64,000 nucleotides of DNA from the human T2T-CHM13v2.0 reference genome, Homo sapiens. Under the pieces are notes generated by a model. The model worked only from the letters and a program-made list of their open reading frames with translations, ran no database searches and was not told where the DNA came from. The stretch is taken from NCBI RefSeq assembly GCF_009914755.1, contig NC_060945.1; one strand, 5' to 3'. The translations under genes and the position numbers were made by a program. This document shows positions 18,888 to 36,562 of the stretch, in pieces (the stretch's first letter is position 1; each line of letters begins with the position of its first letter).

Positions 18888-18977
18888 TATGTGTATGTGT
18901 ATATATATATATATATGTATATATATATGTATATATATACAAGCATATGTATATATACACACATATATGTATATATA
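18888..18977. repeat. (TA)n/(TATG)n microsatellite
   Basis: Directly visible. Confidence 0.95.
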
Positions 18978-20104
18978 ATTTTGTTATGCAAAGAAAAAAG
19001 AATAATTCTTTTTATGAATATTTATGTAATGTAAAACCCAAAGACTATCTTTTCTCTTGTCAAATATATAAATTTAGGTCTGGTTTTTATACTATATCTA
19101 TAAAGTTCATCATCATATACATGGTGTAATTTGGAATTTATTAATATTTTGATGAATAATATACCAATCAAAAGACAAGACATAATTTAAACATGTATTA
19201 AAAGTTTAAAAATTGAAGGAATTTCAACTTTTAATAAATTTGTGGTTCTGTTAGGTATTAGACAACATAACATCATGTATCTACAATATATAGATATTGC
19301 TATAATCTATGATTCATCCTGCAACAAAAAAGTAACATAAATGAAAAAGATGAAATGTATTTAATATGAATTAGTTTTTTAAAAAACCTGGCAAAAATTT
19401 AAGAGATAAATAATAAGAAGATATTTAGGATCATAATTGCACTCTTAAGTAACAACTATAAGATATTGGACATATTATTTGGTCTGATATCCCATCTCCC
19501 TTCCTTTGATAATATTGCCCACGATTTTGCTAGAAATTCTGTCAAATTATTGCCACTATGCATTTTTCTTTTTATATTAACAAAAAAGCAGATGAAATAT
19601 GTCTTTTTTAAAAAGTAGTTCACAAACATTTTATTAACTTGATATCTTCATTTCTGCTTCCTTAGATATCATTGAAATTATGGTTACATGTAATTAGTGA
19701 TTCTACTTTTGAATTATTAAAATTAATAATTTAAAGTTAATATTTTGCTACTAAATTAGCTTTGCCTTAATTTGGAATAGTTCTCAATTGTAAGATTTGT
19801 TTCCATTCAAAGTCCAGATTTCACAATCCCTATTGGCCAATTTGGTCATGTAAATAAATATTTTATTAATAGTGATCTTGATTTAAAAAAGCACATATAA
19901 ATACTTTGTAACTAAAATATAATCTGAATAAATTAAAAATCCTGTAACAAAAATTATTCTTTTTACTTACCCAAGTAACAGATCTATGGCAATACTGATT
20001 TGTCTAAACATTTCAGAATCAACCTGTTTATGTGAATTTTTGGTTCATTCAATCAAATATCTACATTGACAATTTGTTATTTGATTAATTGTTTTGATAA
20101 ATAA

Positions 20105-20480
20105 GACAATGAAACAGATTATGGATACTCATATAGAAACAATTGTACATCTAGCTAAATTATTTAACTTTACAATTTATCTCAAAAATTCTTCCATAAA
20201 CAAATTCAACAGGATATTCATCAAAAATAAAAACTACTGAAATATGAATACAAACAAAAACATGAATCACGAAATAATTATGCTGAGTGAAAAAAATCTG
20301 TGTAAAAAGGAATACATATTGTATGAAAATTCAAACTGATCTTTGGTAGCCAAAATTATACCAGTAGTTATATAAAGTACAAGGCACCATGAGATAACTT
20401 TTGTATGTGATAGCCATATGTTTATTTATTATGTTTACTTCTTCATTCTGGTGATGGGTTTATAGGTGTATAGATACTTG
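20105..20480 (+). mobile_element. L1ME-type 3' fragment
   Basis: catgaatcacgaaataattatgctgagtgaaaaaaatc...tacatattgtatg. Confidence 0.6.
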
Positions 20481-21296
20481 TTTCTATTTCTTAACATTTT
20501 TTAAGTTCAGGGGTACATGTGCAGATTTGTTACATAGATAAACGCATGTCACAGGTGTTAGTTATACAGATTATTTTGCCATGCAGTTATTAAGCCTAGT
20601 ACCCATTAGTTATTTTTCTTGATCCCCTCCCTCCTCCCAACTCTTCACTTTCAGATAGAACCCAGTGTCTGTTGTTCCCCTGTAAATGTCCATGTGTTCT
20701 TATCATTTAGCACTCACTTATACGTTCTCACTTGTTTTTCTGTTACTGTGTTAGTTTGCTAATGTAGAAATAATGGATGATGGCCTCCAGCTTCACCTAC
20801 GCTCCTGCAAAGGACATGGTCTCATTCTTTTTTATGAACATATGGTTGTATAGTATTCCATCGCACATGTGCAGCACATTTTTAAAATCTAGTCTACCAC
20901 TGATGGGCATTTAGATGGATTCCATGTCTTTTCTATTGTGAATAGTGCTGCAATAAACACGTGTGCATGTGTCTTTATGATACAATGATATATATTCCTT
21001 TGGGTATATACCCAGTAATGGGATTGCTGGGTCAAATAAAATTTCTGTTTTCAGCTCTTTGAAAAATGGCCACACTGCTTTCCACAATGGTGGAACTAAT
21101 TTACACTCCTACAAACAGTGTATAAATGTTCTCTTTCTCTGCAACCTTGCCAGCACGTTATTTTTTGGCTTTTTAGTAATAACCATTCTGACTGGTGTGA
21201 GATAGTATTTCATAGTGGTTTTGATTTGCATTTCTCTATTGATCAGTGATAGCAAGCATTTTTTTATGCTTGTTGGTCTCATGTATGTCTTATTTT

Positions 21297-21608
21297 ATTT
21301 CTTTTCTTTTTTTTTTTTTTTTTTTTGAGACAGAGCCTTGCTCTTTTGCCCAGGCTGGAGTGAAGTGGTGCAATCTCGGCTCACTGCAGCCCTCTGCCTC
21401 CCAGGTTCCAGAGATTCTCCTGCCTCAGGCTCCTGGCTAGCTGAAATTACAGGTACATGCCACCACGTCTGGCTAATGTTTGTATTTTTAGTAGAGATGG
21501 GGTTTCACCATGTTGGCCAGGCTGGTCTCGAACTCCTGACCTCAGGTGATCGGCCCGCCTTGGTCTCCCAAAGTGCTGGGATTAAAGGCGTGAGCCACCG
21601 CACCTGGC
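21297..21608 (-). mobile_element. AluSx-like in L1
   Basis: 15-bp TSD tgtatgtcttatttt (21282-21296, 21609-21623). Confidence 0.97.
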
Positions 21609-22425
21609 TGTATGTCTTATTTTCAAAAGTGTCTGTTAATGTCTTTTGCCCACTTTTCAATGGGATTGTTTGGCTTTTGCTTATAAATTTGTTTAAGCTC
21701 CTTATAGATGCTAGATATTAGATCTTTGTCAGATATAGTTTGCAAAAATGTTCTCCTATTCTGTAGGCTGTCTGTTTACTATCTATTCTCTTTCATTGGT
21801 ATATATGTCAGGTTTTGTACAATATCATGCTATTTTGGTGACTGTAGCCCCGTAGTATAGTTTGAAATTTGGTAGCAAATTGTTCTTTTTGTTAGGTTGC
21901 TTTTTTCTTTTTGCTTCGGTTTGCCTTGGCTATTTTGGCTCTTTTTTGGTTCCATATAAATTTTGAAATAGAATTTTCTAGTTATGTGAAGAATGTCACT
22001 GGTAGTTTGATAGGATAGTATTGAATCTGTAAATTGCTCCGGGGGCAGTATGGCCATTTTAATAATATTTATTCTTACTATTCATGATCATGGAATGTTT
22101 TTCCATTTGTTTGCATTATCTCTGTTTGTTTGTACAGTGTTTTGTAGTTGTCACTGTATAGACCTTTAATCTCCCTGGTTATCTGTATTCCTAGGTATTT
22201 TATTCTTTTTGTGGCAACTGTGAACGGGATTGCCTTCCTGATTTGGCTCTCGGCTTGACTGTTGTTGGTGTATGGGAATTCTAGTGAGTTTTGTACATTG
22301 ATTTTATTTCTTGAAACTTTGCTGAAGTTGTTTATCAGCTGAAAGAACTTTTGTGACAAGACTATGGGGTTTCCTAGATTTAGAATCATGTCATCTGCAA
22401 ACCGAGATAGTTTGGCTTCCTATCC

Positions 22426-22725
22426 TTTTTTTTTTTTTTTTTTTGAGACAGAGTCTTGCTCTGTCACCCAGGCTGGAGTGCAGTGGTATGATCTCGGCTT
22501 ACTGCAAGCTCCGCCTCCTGGGTTCACGCCATTCTCCTGCCTCAGCCTCCTGAGTAGCTGGGACTACAGGCACCCGCCACCACGCCCAGCTAATTTTTTG
22601 TATTTTTAGTAGAGACAGGGTTTCACTGTGTTAGCCAGGATGGTCTCAATCTCCTGACCTTGTGATCCGCCTGCCTCAACCTCCCAAAGTGCTGGGATTA
22701 CAGGCGTGAGCCACCACACCCGGCC
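22426..22725 (-). mobile_element. AluY in L1
   Basis: gcaagctccgcctcctgggttcacgcc; TSD gcttcctatc. Confidence 0.97.
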
Positions 22726-24028
22726 TCGCTTCCTATCTTCTTTTGGATGTACTTTTTTCTTTCTCTTGCCTGTTTGCTGTGGTTACGATGTCCAATACTA
22801 TTTTGAATATGTGTGGTGAGAGAGGGCATCCTTGTCTTGTGTTGGTTATCAAGGGGAAAGCTTCCGGATTTTTCTCTTTCAGTATAATGTTGGCTATGGG
22901 TTTGTCACAGATGGTTCTTATTATTTTGAGGTGTTTCTTCAATATCCAGTTTACTGAGAGTTTTTTTTAACATAAAGGGGTATTGAATTTTATTGAAAGA
23001 CTTTTCTGCATCTACTGATATAATCATGGGTTTTTAAAATTTATTTCTCTTTAAGTGATGAATCACATTTATTTATTTGCATATTTAAATCAACTTTGCA
23101 TCCCAGGGATGAAGTCTACTTATCTACAAATGACTCATTTGGAGATATTTTTTATTGACATATTTTTTTCCAAAATATTTTACTTCCATGGTTTCTCAAT
23201 GTCCAGTAGTATGTGTTAAAACTTGGGAAGAGTGTACAATTAGTTGGAGTCACTCTAGATTTTATTTTGTTCTTCTAATGGTTCTTTCATTTATTTTTAG
23301 ATGTTTCATATTAAGAAGTCATTAACTTGACTGCAGTTACTCTTTCTCCTGCATGGTGAGCAATCATTGATTTATCTGCTCAGCTTCTCTGTCTGTTTGC
23401 ATATATGTATATACCTATCTTCGATTGTTAATCTATCTGCCTGAGTCCCTAGAGGTTGTATCTGGGCTTTTAGAGTTTCACTATTATTCCATGATTATGT
23501 ACAAGCACCTCAAACTATTTTGGCTACAGCACTCTGTCTCTCCAACTGTGAATGAGTTGAGAAACATATTCAAAGTGTCAACAACTTCACAAGTATCCCC
23601 AAGCCTTATTATTTCCCTCGTCTTTCTGGACTCTCCCATGAACATGAAACATGTATAAGTACGTCAGAGATTACTCAAACCATTGTTTAACGCTCTCTCA
23701 ACTTCCAAAATCTACTTTTTAAATTTCTACCTGCTCTGCTATTACTTGAACCTGGCTAGTAAAATTTTCACCACTCTATCTGGGGAAGGAAATTAGAATA
23801 ACCCTAGGGAAGAAGGCAACAAATTTGCCATACTTACCAGGGACAGTGAAAGTTTTTCATGAATAAATGTCTTCTGTTACCTAGTGCAACGAAATGATTG
23901 TTTCATATGTACTCCAATTTTATATGGATTTTCTGTATAAATTGTCTGACCTCTTCATGCCACCATTCCCAGAAATAAAGCTTCAAGAAACATTACTTTT
24001 ACAAACATATTAGTAGAAATAGTGTATG

Positions 24029-25116
24029 TGATAGCAGCAGGAGGCAGGCAAATCCTAGGCAGACAGGGGCGGGTGCCCAGTGAAACCGACCTTCAAGCCG
24101 AAGACAGTTTAAAGCTTGAAAACCAAGCTACAAGTCTCAGATAAATCTGTTGACCAGATTGAGAACCTCTCTTCCTGTTTGGTGTGCTTTCCTCTCATTG
24201 ATGCCCACCCTTCACCTATTTTACGTATACCTAGGCTTCCCAATTGGTTTTTGCCCTGTTGTGCCCATCTTTTGAGTGGTGCTTTTTTCTAACCTTTTTT
24301 GCATATTTGCAGCACACAATTCCCCATTCTAAGCCCATAAACCCCAAATCAGACACACTGGGAGATTACCTGACTTCCCATAGGGGGCTGCCCTCTTTAA
24401 GTCCCCTCTCTGCTGAGAACTGTCACTCAATAAAACTCTTCGCCTTGCTCACCCTTCAGCTGTCAGTGTAACCTCATTCTTCTTAGACGCAGGACAAGAA
24501 CCCAGGACCTGCGGAACACGAGTACAAAAAATGCTGAAACACTGTAGTCCTCCACCCTCTGGCAGCACCAGGCAGCTGCCCCAGAAGACAGGCAATGCCA
24601 GGGCTGGGCCAGCCCAAAAGCCATGGGCTAGAGGGGGGTGGTGGGAAGGAGAGAAGAGTTATGACCCTTCTGGGGTCCTAGACCTCGGGGATCCCTGAGC
24701 GAGAGCTGTAACACTCTGTAACACACCCCTTGGGGCTCCAGGGCCACTGGCATCTCCAAATTTGGGGGGCGCCACCATGTTCCTCTCATCTAGACACGGA
24801 CACCCAAGGCAGAAGCAACTTGTAGTATGCCTGGTCCAGCCGCAGCCTCAGGCAGCGCCGGCACCTGTGTGGCCACCTGGAGCTCCCCGCCCTGCAGCAG
24901 CAGCCAGTGCTGACACATCCCTCGCCACTCCGCACCTGGCTCGCCTTTGGTGGGTGTGAGATCCAGGCCGGGGCGCAAGCCATGCTCAGCGGACTGGGCT
25001 GAGTGGGCAGGATATCTCCAGAGGCAATCCCGGAGCCAACAGAGGCCTTGGGCAGGGGCATTTCCAGCCGCAGAGGTCTCCGGCTGGAGAAGAAGAACTG
25101 AAAAATTCCTGCATTA
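24029..25116 (+). mobile_element. ERV1 solo LTR, LTR28/LTR27-like (GC-rich 3' half)
   Basis: Starts tgatagcagcaggaggcaggcaaatcctaggcag and ends aaattcctgcatta; perfect 4-bp TSD tatg (24025-28, 25117-20); aataaa near 24429. Confidence 0.85.
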
Positions 25117-25120
25117 TATG

Positions 25121-25171
25121 TATACTGGAAATTTGGTAAGAGAGTAGATCTTAAGTGTTCTCACCATGCAC

Positions 25172-25206
<35 letters not shown>

Positions 25207-25355
25207 CGATAGAAAGTCATCCATGTGAAGTGATGAATGTGTTACCTACCTAGATTGCGGTAATAATTTCACAATGTATACATATATCAAATCATCACAT
25301 TATATACCTTAAACATATACAGCTTTATTTGGCAATTATACCTCACTAAAGCTTT
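25121..25355 (+). mobile_element. L1MA9/L1MB-type 3' end containing (CA)n (25169-25207); host of the LTR
   Basis: gagagtagatcttaagtgttctcacc...tttcacaatgtatacatatatcaaatcatcac. Confidence 0.8.
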
Positions 25356-25467
25356 GAAAATATTTTGCAGTTTATTCTCAAGGTTTGAAATATCAGGAAA
25401 AATTATCAAAATTATACTTGCTCCTTTCAAAGGATCTAACTATTCAAGTATCTATAACTTTCTCTAC

Positions 25468-25842
<375 letters not shown>

Positions 25843-26346
25843 TAAAATTTTTACGTTCATCTGCATCTGGCCTCTGTTGTGGAGGAAGTATAATACTCTT
25901 TGGAAGAACTAAAAAAGCATCAGAAACATTCAGGACCTTCCTGATGGTTGCATAACAGCAGGATTTTGAAGACTGGATTCCATCCCAAATCCTATTTTGA
26001 ACATCCTCAAAAGGATTGCCTTGCTACCACTAAAGCCATGACAATTTAGAACAGACAGTGACAAATCATTAACTGTCTTGTGATGATTACTCCAAAAGCC
26101 TTAGCATGGCCGGCAAAGTTCTACTCACTAAAACATTTCCACGGATATAAAAACGTCTGAAGGTTTTTAATAAAAGATAACAGAAATGTATATATTTTAA
26201 CAGGAAATTAATGATTATGTTGTGAGGGAATATATCCTAAAACGAAAGATAAGAAAGGATAATCAATCTAAGGAAAATTCGTATATCTGAGTAGTGACAG
26301 TGACTTGGTAATTGAAAAATAAAGGGTTAGGGCAATGCCACAGAAA

Positions 26347-26451
26347 TTTTTTTTTTTTTTTGAGATGGAGTCTCACTCTGTCGCCCAGGCTGGAGTGCAG
26401 TGGCGTGATCTCGGCTCACTGCAAGGTCCACCTCCTGGGTTCATGCCGTTC
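26347..26451 (-). mobile_element. 5'-truncated AluY (right-arm 3' end only)
   Basis: T tail plus ~90 bp of Alu ending at gggttcatgccgttc. Confidence 0.9.
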
Positions 26452-26917
26452 ACCAGAGAAAAACTTTATGTTAAGTTTCTGTGAATCTACTTTTACACTT
26501 AAGCTAACTGAAAATAGTTTCTTTAAAATGTATTTGTAGTGATTATGTCTTCATTAGTAATTTCAGCTGTATCTAAGTTTCTTATTGTGTTTTGGTTTAC
26601 TTCTTAGGAAAACAGCTACAGATTTCTACTCTCATCCAAAAGTCAGTCATTCACAGTATGTATGGTATTTCAAACTGGGCTTATCAAAATGCAAATTAAT
26701 GCAAGCCACACCCACAATCCTTTGCAGTTAAATGTTTCCTAAGAATGTCTACTTAATTATAATATTTTAGAAAGAAGTACTCATTTCTAATGTTAGAAAC
26801 CTAGAAGAAATGTACAGATATCTAGACACTTGGCTCAAATAATTCTCCAAATCCAAATAATTCTTAGGAGATGTTCTATTCATATTCTTTAAAAAATATG
26901 TTACCATTTTATTATAA

Positions 26918-27222
<305 letters not shown>

Positions 27223-28535
27223 AAAATTGTTTTTTCTATGATTTTCTCTATTATGTCTAATTTAAATAACTGTTTAGAGAACCATGAATCAATCTATCTT
27301 CCCTCTTGTGTTCTCCTTTTCTCTCGCTCTTTCCACCTTTTCATCTGTATTCCTCACACTCTCCCTTTCTAACAGCTGTAAAAAGTTTCCTTAAGTCTGG
27401 TCCATGAAAAAATGAATAATATCTCAAACTTTAGAAACAGTCACAATAATAGAACAATTCAAAAAATAGAAGGATGCTAATTAAAAGTAGCTTGTTAGAC
27501 ACTTGAGGAAAAGGACAAAAAGTAAATGGCTGATTTCCAAACAGTTTGTTTGACAAAGGAAAAAAAAAAAAGAGAGAAGAAGAAAAGGATTACATCTGTC
27601 CAACAAACCCTATTGTCTTCACTTTTACTAGCAGCGTTCAGCGTTATTGATTTTGACAAAAGGCTTTCCAAACTGAGTGAAATTGTTCAGTTTTCCTTTT
27701 AACCTTTGGAATTCAGTGTTTTCCCTTTATAGGTGTTCAGAATAGTTCTATCACAGACCTGTTGGCATGTAAAATTATTTCCAAGTGAACATCAACTAGA
27801 CTTATGTGGAATGTTCATATTCAGGCACATGCCCCATATCATTCCCCAAATCTAAAACATTTTTGTCAGATATTCTGGTCAGCTTATTAATCCTTTAATA
27901 TTTATATTCCAAAAAACTTGTCTAATAATATTTTCTTGTATTTAATAATCACAACAATCAAAAAGTTCTTATCCATGTCTATTTTCTGTTTAAAATGAAG
28001 TTCCTTTGGTCTTTTTCTCTGGCATATGTGCTCTATGATTCTAGTAGTTTCTCTAACATACGAGGAGTCACTCTTTAGGTTATTTTCTTTTAAACAGATT
28101 CACAATCTTTACCTTTTTATATACACACATATGCATTACAGAAATATTTACTTTTCTATAGAAATGTTGCAGAAAATCAAGAGGCAAACATTTTGCCTAC
28201 CATTTCCAGATAGTTTAGTTGGTTCCTGACGTTACAATATATGGTAAGATTGTATTGGAAGAAAAAAATCTACATAATGTTTTACAATAATTTTATGAGA
28301 AATTACTAATGAGAGCAGTGAGGAAGGAAAAATCCAAAAGTAGTTGGAAGAAAAAAATGTAAAAATAATCACAAGCATTTATCAGAAAAAAGTTCCTATT
28401 CAGTTCTGGAGAGTGCTGTATGGAAAAATAATTAACATTAACTTACTCTTTTCCCATTGCCTATAATAGGTCATCACAAGGCAGAAAATTTTGTCAAAAA
28501 CAAATTGTGAAATTGCTGACATTTTGGAATGCAAA

Positions 28536-28817
28536 TGTTATGGTTTGAATGTCTCCTCCAAAACTCCTGTTGCAATTTAATTGCTATTGTAACAATATTA
28601 ACAAATGGGACCTTTAAGAAGTCATTAGGTCGTGAGGGTTCTGTGCACTCACTTGCTCTTCTGTCATTTTATGATGCAGTGAGAAGGTCCTCACCATATG
28701 TGGCCGCTGAATGTTAAACTTTCAGCCTCCAGAACCATGAATCAAATACACTTCTATTGTTTATAAGTTACCCAGTTTGTGGTATTCTGCCAGAGCAGCA
28801 GAAAATTAAACAAGACA
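28536..28817 (+). mobile_element. MaLR solo LTR (MSTD-like)
   Basis: tgttatggtttgaatgtctcctccaaaactc...aacaagaca; 5-bp TSD gcaaa/acaaa. Confidence 0.85.
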
Positions 28818-29239
28818 ACAAACAAGTGAAGAATTCAATCCTTTGTTCATGAAAATGTTTAAATGTGGAAAATAAATGTTTATTACAAAGAAAAAATGTG
28901 TACATAGAGTGAAATATATAGAATGATATTTCTGTTCTTCTATTCTTCTTTGCTTCAAAACTGATTATACTACATAAGAACAGCTTTGGTTTTACATTTT
29001 TCTTCCAATTTCTTTTTTTTTTTCTAGTTTAAGTTAAAAATCAATAGTGTCAAGGAAAAGGTGAGAGAAAAATAAGCTAATCAACACTTAGGAGGTGACA
29101 AGTAGGTAATTTAACCCATGATATCTTACTGGAATCCCAATAAAGAAGGAATTGTCACAAATTGCATCTTTATCTCTTACAACTACACAGCCAGGTAATT
29201 TTTTTTTCGAAGTGGTAAATTTTTTATTATCTTAACTAG

Positions 29240-29561
<322 letters not shown>

Positions 29562-30594
29562 CACATATTTTCTAAGATTAAAAGTGGCATCCAATTTGCC
29601 GGCAATTATTAAATGAATAATTAATTGATTTTTTTAATTTCAATACATATCTTTCTGTTTAGAAAGTATACTTCAAATTTTTTAGTGATCAATTTCATTG
29701 CTTTATTCATGTCACGGAATTGGGGGAAAAAAGATAAATCTGTTTTCATGTCCAAATGGTAACAGAAAATTTATTCACTTTAAAGATTAAAATGTTTCTT
29801 TAAAAAAACAAAGTGAACTATGCATTTCTCAATGAAATTATTTAAATGTAAATGTGGTAAAATACACTTGACTGCCATTTGTTTACTTTGTATTATTTTT
29901 ATAAAGAAAATAAGTGTGTCTATTTAATAACTAATGTACTCCTCAAGAAGCCTTTTAAACTTTTACCACAGTAAATGTTAACATTCTTAATCTCTTTGAC
30001 AATCTGAATACTAGCCCTAACCTCAAAATTAGGTGTAAAGCATTGGTTCTTTGTTGTTGCTTACAAATATATATAGGACTTCTGTGATCAAAACATAACT
30101 AATGTCATAAATTTACAACAAATCAAAGAGCCAATCCCATGTCATATAGCGTAGGTCAAATATTAAAGAGGTTGTCAGATCAATTCTTCAAGAGAGTTTT
30201 AAAATGTACTAGTATTTAAGTACTATTGTAGGAGAGGCAAGGGAAAATAGGACTCAACCTCCTGCCAGGAAAGAATATTTATTTTTTTCTTAGTAGTGGA
30301 TATTCTCAGTATTATTGATATTTCATATGTTTTAGGCCATCAAAAATATAAGTAGTCTTCCACATAAGAAAAATTGATGGGATAAACAAAACTGGCTGTC
30401 TCAATTGGTGCTGTGTCTTTAGGATAGTGAAAATTTTTAAAAATATGGAGAAGAATAGACATAGCTACTAAAATGGCCAATTAGCGATTTTTAAAATGTT
30501 TTATCTTAATTTTAATTTGATTTTTAAAAATTTTAAACAATTCCAACAATCTTTAAATTTAGTTACCTGAAAAATGATTAATGTAAATAACTAA

Positions 30595-30922
<328 letters not shown>

Positions 30923-31547
30923 TAAAGGTTTTTTTTTTAAAAGCAAGCACAACACTGAAAGAAAGCATAAGATCTTTAAATACCAACTATGAAATGTCAC
31001 CATAAATTTAAAGTGGCTGCTGAAGCCAGGGACTACCATAAGCCAACTACCAGTCACTGTATCATACTGTATCATAACGGGAAGAGTTTTCATGGTTGTG
31101 CTGGTAGGAAGAGATTGGGCATAAGGCCAAATTATCAAAAATAGAGAGTCTATGCCAACAAAACCCTCAATGAAAGACGGTCTACCAGGTGAAACAAAAA
31201 ACAAAGGAAACAACTTATATACGAAAGGAAAGAAAGTGACACTTGCCACTAGTTTCTGAGTGACTGACAAGAAGGTTTTCTTTGGGAATTCTTAAACGGT
31301 AGTTGGCATCCATATGAGTTTGAGGTCAGTGTTCACACTATGTGACACATGCAAAGAATGTCAATATGATAACTTTTGTTTAAAATGTCCCATATTGCCC
31401 ACAATCCTATTCAGAGAATGCATTAAAACTTTCTCTGTAGGAATAAATCCTAAAACAGATTAGTTAAAATTTTGCCAGATAGAGTTCAAATAAGCATGTT
31501 TTAAACAAACAAAAAATCATACTGTAAACCAACTCTATTCAACACTA

Positions 31548-31670
31548 TTTCAACAAATATTATTTGAGTACTTGATACTAGGTACTGTTCTAGATTCTAG
31601 GCATGCTATAGTAAGCAACAAAGAAAAAAAAATCCCTGCATGCATGGATTGTAGATTCCAGTGAAGAAGA
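31548..31670 (-). mobile_element. L2 3' end fragment
   Basis: ttcaacaaatattatttgagtac...ggtactgttctagattctagg...aaatccctgc. Confidence 0.65.
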
Positions 31671-31725
31671 TAAGCAGAAAATTCAATTTATAATTGTGTG
31701 GTATTATATGTTTAAATATAATAGC

Positions 31726-32862
<1,137 letters not shown>

Positions 32863-33033
32863 GCATCTATGGGAAATTATGGGTGTTAAATGTAATGCAT
32901 TGGGCTAGAGGGACAACACAATGAATAAAAATCAATAGAAACAAACAAATAGTTCTCCAAGGACTTCTGCTATTGAGAATATCAAATAGCAATATTAAAC
33001 AGCAAATTAAACAGACAAGACCAAAAACAGAAT

Positions 33034-33085
33034 GAGAGACAGAGAGAGAGACAGACAGAGGACAGACAGAGGAAGATAGAGGGAG
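33034..33085. repeat. (GA)n/(GACA)n repeat
   Basis: Directly visible. Confidence 0.85.
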
Positions 33086-33231
33086 AAAAATGTGAAAAAA
33101 TTAAAGAGATTTCACCACATATTACAGAGGAAAAGGGCTATGGAATACTGAAACAAAAGATGTTTTAAAATATGCTTTTCATATAAATTAATGAAGGAGA
33201 CGATTTCAGGATAACATAAGAGAAACAATTT

Positions 33232-33234
<3 letters not shown>

Positions 33235-33262
<28 letters not shown>
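33235..33262. repeat. (GT)n microsatellite
   Basis: Directly visible. Confidence 0.95.
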
Positions 33263-33265
<3 letters not shown>

Positions 33266-34742
33266 CACTATTTGAGAATTTTCTAGTACCGAATAAATCC
33301 ATGATGCAGGACGCACAGTATCTGTTCATTAGCACTAACAGAAATACCTTAGTAACTAGATAAACAATAGTATCACTAGAGAGCAATTTATGAAGCAAGA
33401 TCTGTTGAATTATCTTCAAAAATGATAACAAGGCTGACAAGCAATTTCTCAACAATGAAAAAAGAAGCCAAAAGTCAATTAGAGAATGTCTTCCAGATGC
33501 TGAAAGAAAATGTTCATCCAGTAGAACTGTGTACTTATGGCAGGACAAATAAACAATTTCAAGGATTCATTAAAATATGTTCTATTTGATAGAAAATGAT
33601 TTAGTGATTATAGAAAAAAAAATCATGGCTTGTCTGGGGTTACCATGAAAGTTTGTTTTATCAGTTTCAGCAAGTTTCCCAATGCATGTTCCCCAGAGTT
33701 ACTGGAGGCAGGATATACTTTGAAAGTCGCTTCCAGACATTCGTTAACCAGTGAACATGTGCACAGGAACATAAATCTGACATTTAAAGAATGGCAGTGT
33801 CAGGTCCACGTGTTCTGGGTCATTACATATTATGTTACTATTGCACAGTTCCACTCTAATAATTGCAGTTGATTAAGGCCTTTCTACTGTTTATAGGGTT
33901 TATTAATTGTCACACTTACTACACTACAGTAACCAATTTAATTAAAATTTTTGAATTAGGGCAAAACAGAAACATTTTCAGAAGAAAAAAATATAAAGAA
34001 GCCATTTAGAACTATAAGAGGTTCACGAAAATTCAATGAATAACTTTCAAAATGAAAACAAGAAGGTTTCTCAAAATGAATATGTAAGATTCAATACAGA
34101 ATGTTTAACAAAGGAATAAATTAACCTCTAAATAAATCAAAACATTAGTTGTTAGTATAAAAACACACACAAAAAAGTTCTAAATTATGATGATACTCAG
34201 CAGGACCAGATTAAGTTACTGGGCAATACAAGCAAATAAACCGGTACAAGGGGAGAATGGGTGGGTGAGAAAGTCCTTTATTTTCCTTGTGTTGTTTGGA
34301 AAGGTAGTAAATATATATGTTAAATGAGTAGTAGGTTAAGTCTACATGTTCTATTATTAAACGTGTTACTAAAGAATAAAAATGGACTTTAGGATTACAA
34401 ATCTTAAAAATGGAATCAATTTAGCAGAAGGCAGAATAATAAAAAGCACACATTTAAGCGGTAGAAATGTACACATATATAAGTAATCACAATTAATGTA
34501 ATTGGGCTAAATGTATTTCTTATAATAACGATTGTAACTGGATAGAAAACATTACACTTCATTCTTCTTTAGAAGAGACATTCTAAAGTAGATCAACAGA
34601 TAAAGGTAAAAAGTAAAAAGAAGGAAAGCAAAATTGATGAATAAAAAGGGCAAACATTAAAAACATTTAAGCTAGTTAGGAAAAACAAAATAGGCTCTAA
34701 CCATAAAGTGGTAATAAAAATAAAAATTAAAAAATGACTGCA

Positions 34743-35075
<333 letters not shown>

Positions 35076-35438
35076 CTAAGACTCAGAAGCAGAGAAAATA
35101 AAAGATAATTTAAAATAATGAATGGGGAAAAACTTTGAAGAAAGGTAAAAAGGCCGGGGGAGACAGCCATAAATACATAAGAGTCAAAGCAAGAATGGGA
35201 GACAGAGGGTCGGGGGTTGACTTGTGAAAAATAGTTTCGGTAGAGAATCACAAGGTAACAAGGAGGCACTGTGAACAATGTCACACTCATACATTTTAAT
35301 TTTTAGTTGTAATAGAAAATACACTAATTTTTTCAAAGTAATTTTAGCAAACAGAAAACTCAACTTGTATATAAACATTAAAAACATTTAGTCAGTGATT
35401 TCATTTATATACCCAGCTCACAAGGTTATAAATGTTAA

Positions 35439-35691
<253 letters not shown>

Positions 35692-36562
35692 AAGAAAGAA
35701 ACTATTCTAACCTAAACCTGTCCTGAGTATTTTTAAAAAGGAGAAAATCTGTTAATTTTATTTTATGATTAAAGAATGTAGCAAAAATCTATAGCAAGTA
35801 TCATAGTTACTGTTGAAACATAAAAGACATTTCCTTTGACTTAAGAAAAGTTTAAAAAAGTAGCTATTATTCTATTTAACATTGTACTGAAAATCTTGGA
35901 GCATACAATTATACATTAAATTATAGCACAGAATAAAATTACAAATTATTACAAGGAGAAATCAGTATTTTATAACATTTAGGAACAGTTTAAAAAGTAG
36001 ATCAAACATCAAAAATTCCATTAACTTGGTGATTTTTTTCAAATATTAGTCATTCGTTTGAATTTTATAAATTCTGATAAAATTTCTATTTGTCAATATA
36101 AATTATTTTATTTTAACACTAATTTCTTAGCTGTGATAGTTGTATAATTTACTGACACAAATTTAATATTCATTCAGGAAATAGGTTTTCTTATGAAGAG
36201 TCAATATTTTTATCTGAAAGTATTAATCTATGCAGTAATTATAATCATGGAAAATAAATTTTAAAACTCAGTAGCATTTTATAACAATTTGTAAGAATCT
36301 CAATTTTTTACGAAAAGTCAAAGTAGATATTTAGCAGAAGAGATTATATGTATGGTTGGGTGTGGGTGTGAAGTACATACTGGGACATTCAAACGTGCGT
36401 CTCTTAAAATTACTATGTTTATAATTGACAGGGAAATTATATAATATTGACCTCATTACAATATTCAAATAATATTCATGATTATCCCATTTTGAATATT
36501 GTGCTTTCTTATGAAACAATATTACCAAGCATGATTCTATATGCAATGCTATGTATTTAAGG

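Larger units (their letters stand above)
20490..23122 (-). mobile_element. 5'-truncated L1PA (PA13-like), minus strand, with internal deletions and two Alu insertions
   Basis: 3' end aagttcaggggtacatgtgcag; minus ORFs 22078-22389 ([11 protein letters not shown]) and 22733-22942 (TRQGCPLSP) are RT-region remnants. Confidence 0.93.

Noticed and set aside
24550-25110. GC/CpG-rich patch with overlapping ORFs, a possible gene promoter or CpG island
   Set aside because: Lies wholly inside the TSD-bounded LTR28-like element
26608-26655. Possible downstream exon (ttcttAG...aca|gtatgt) in frame with the 18-kb cassette
   Set aside because: Weak donor; isolated splice-like motifs (also ~27732, ~37874, ~38179) are expected by chance in AT-rich DNA
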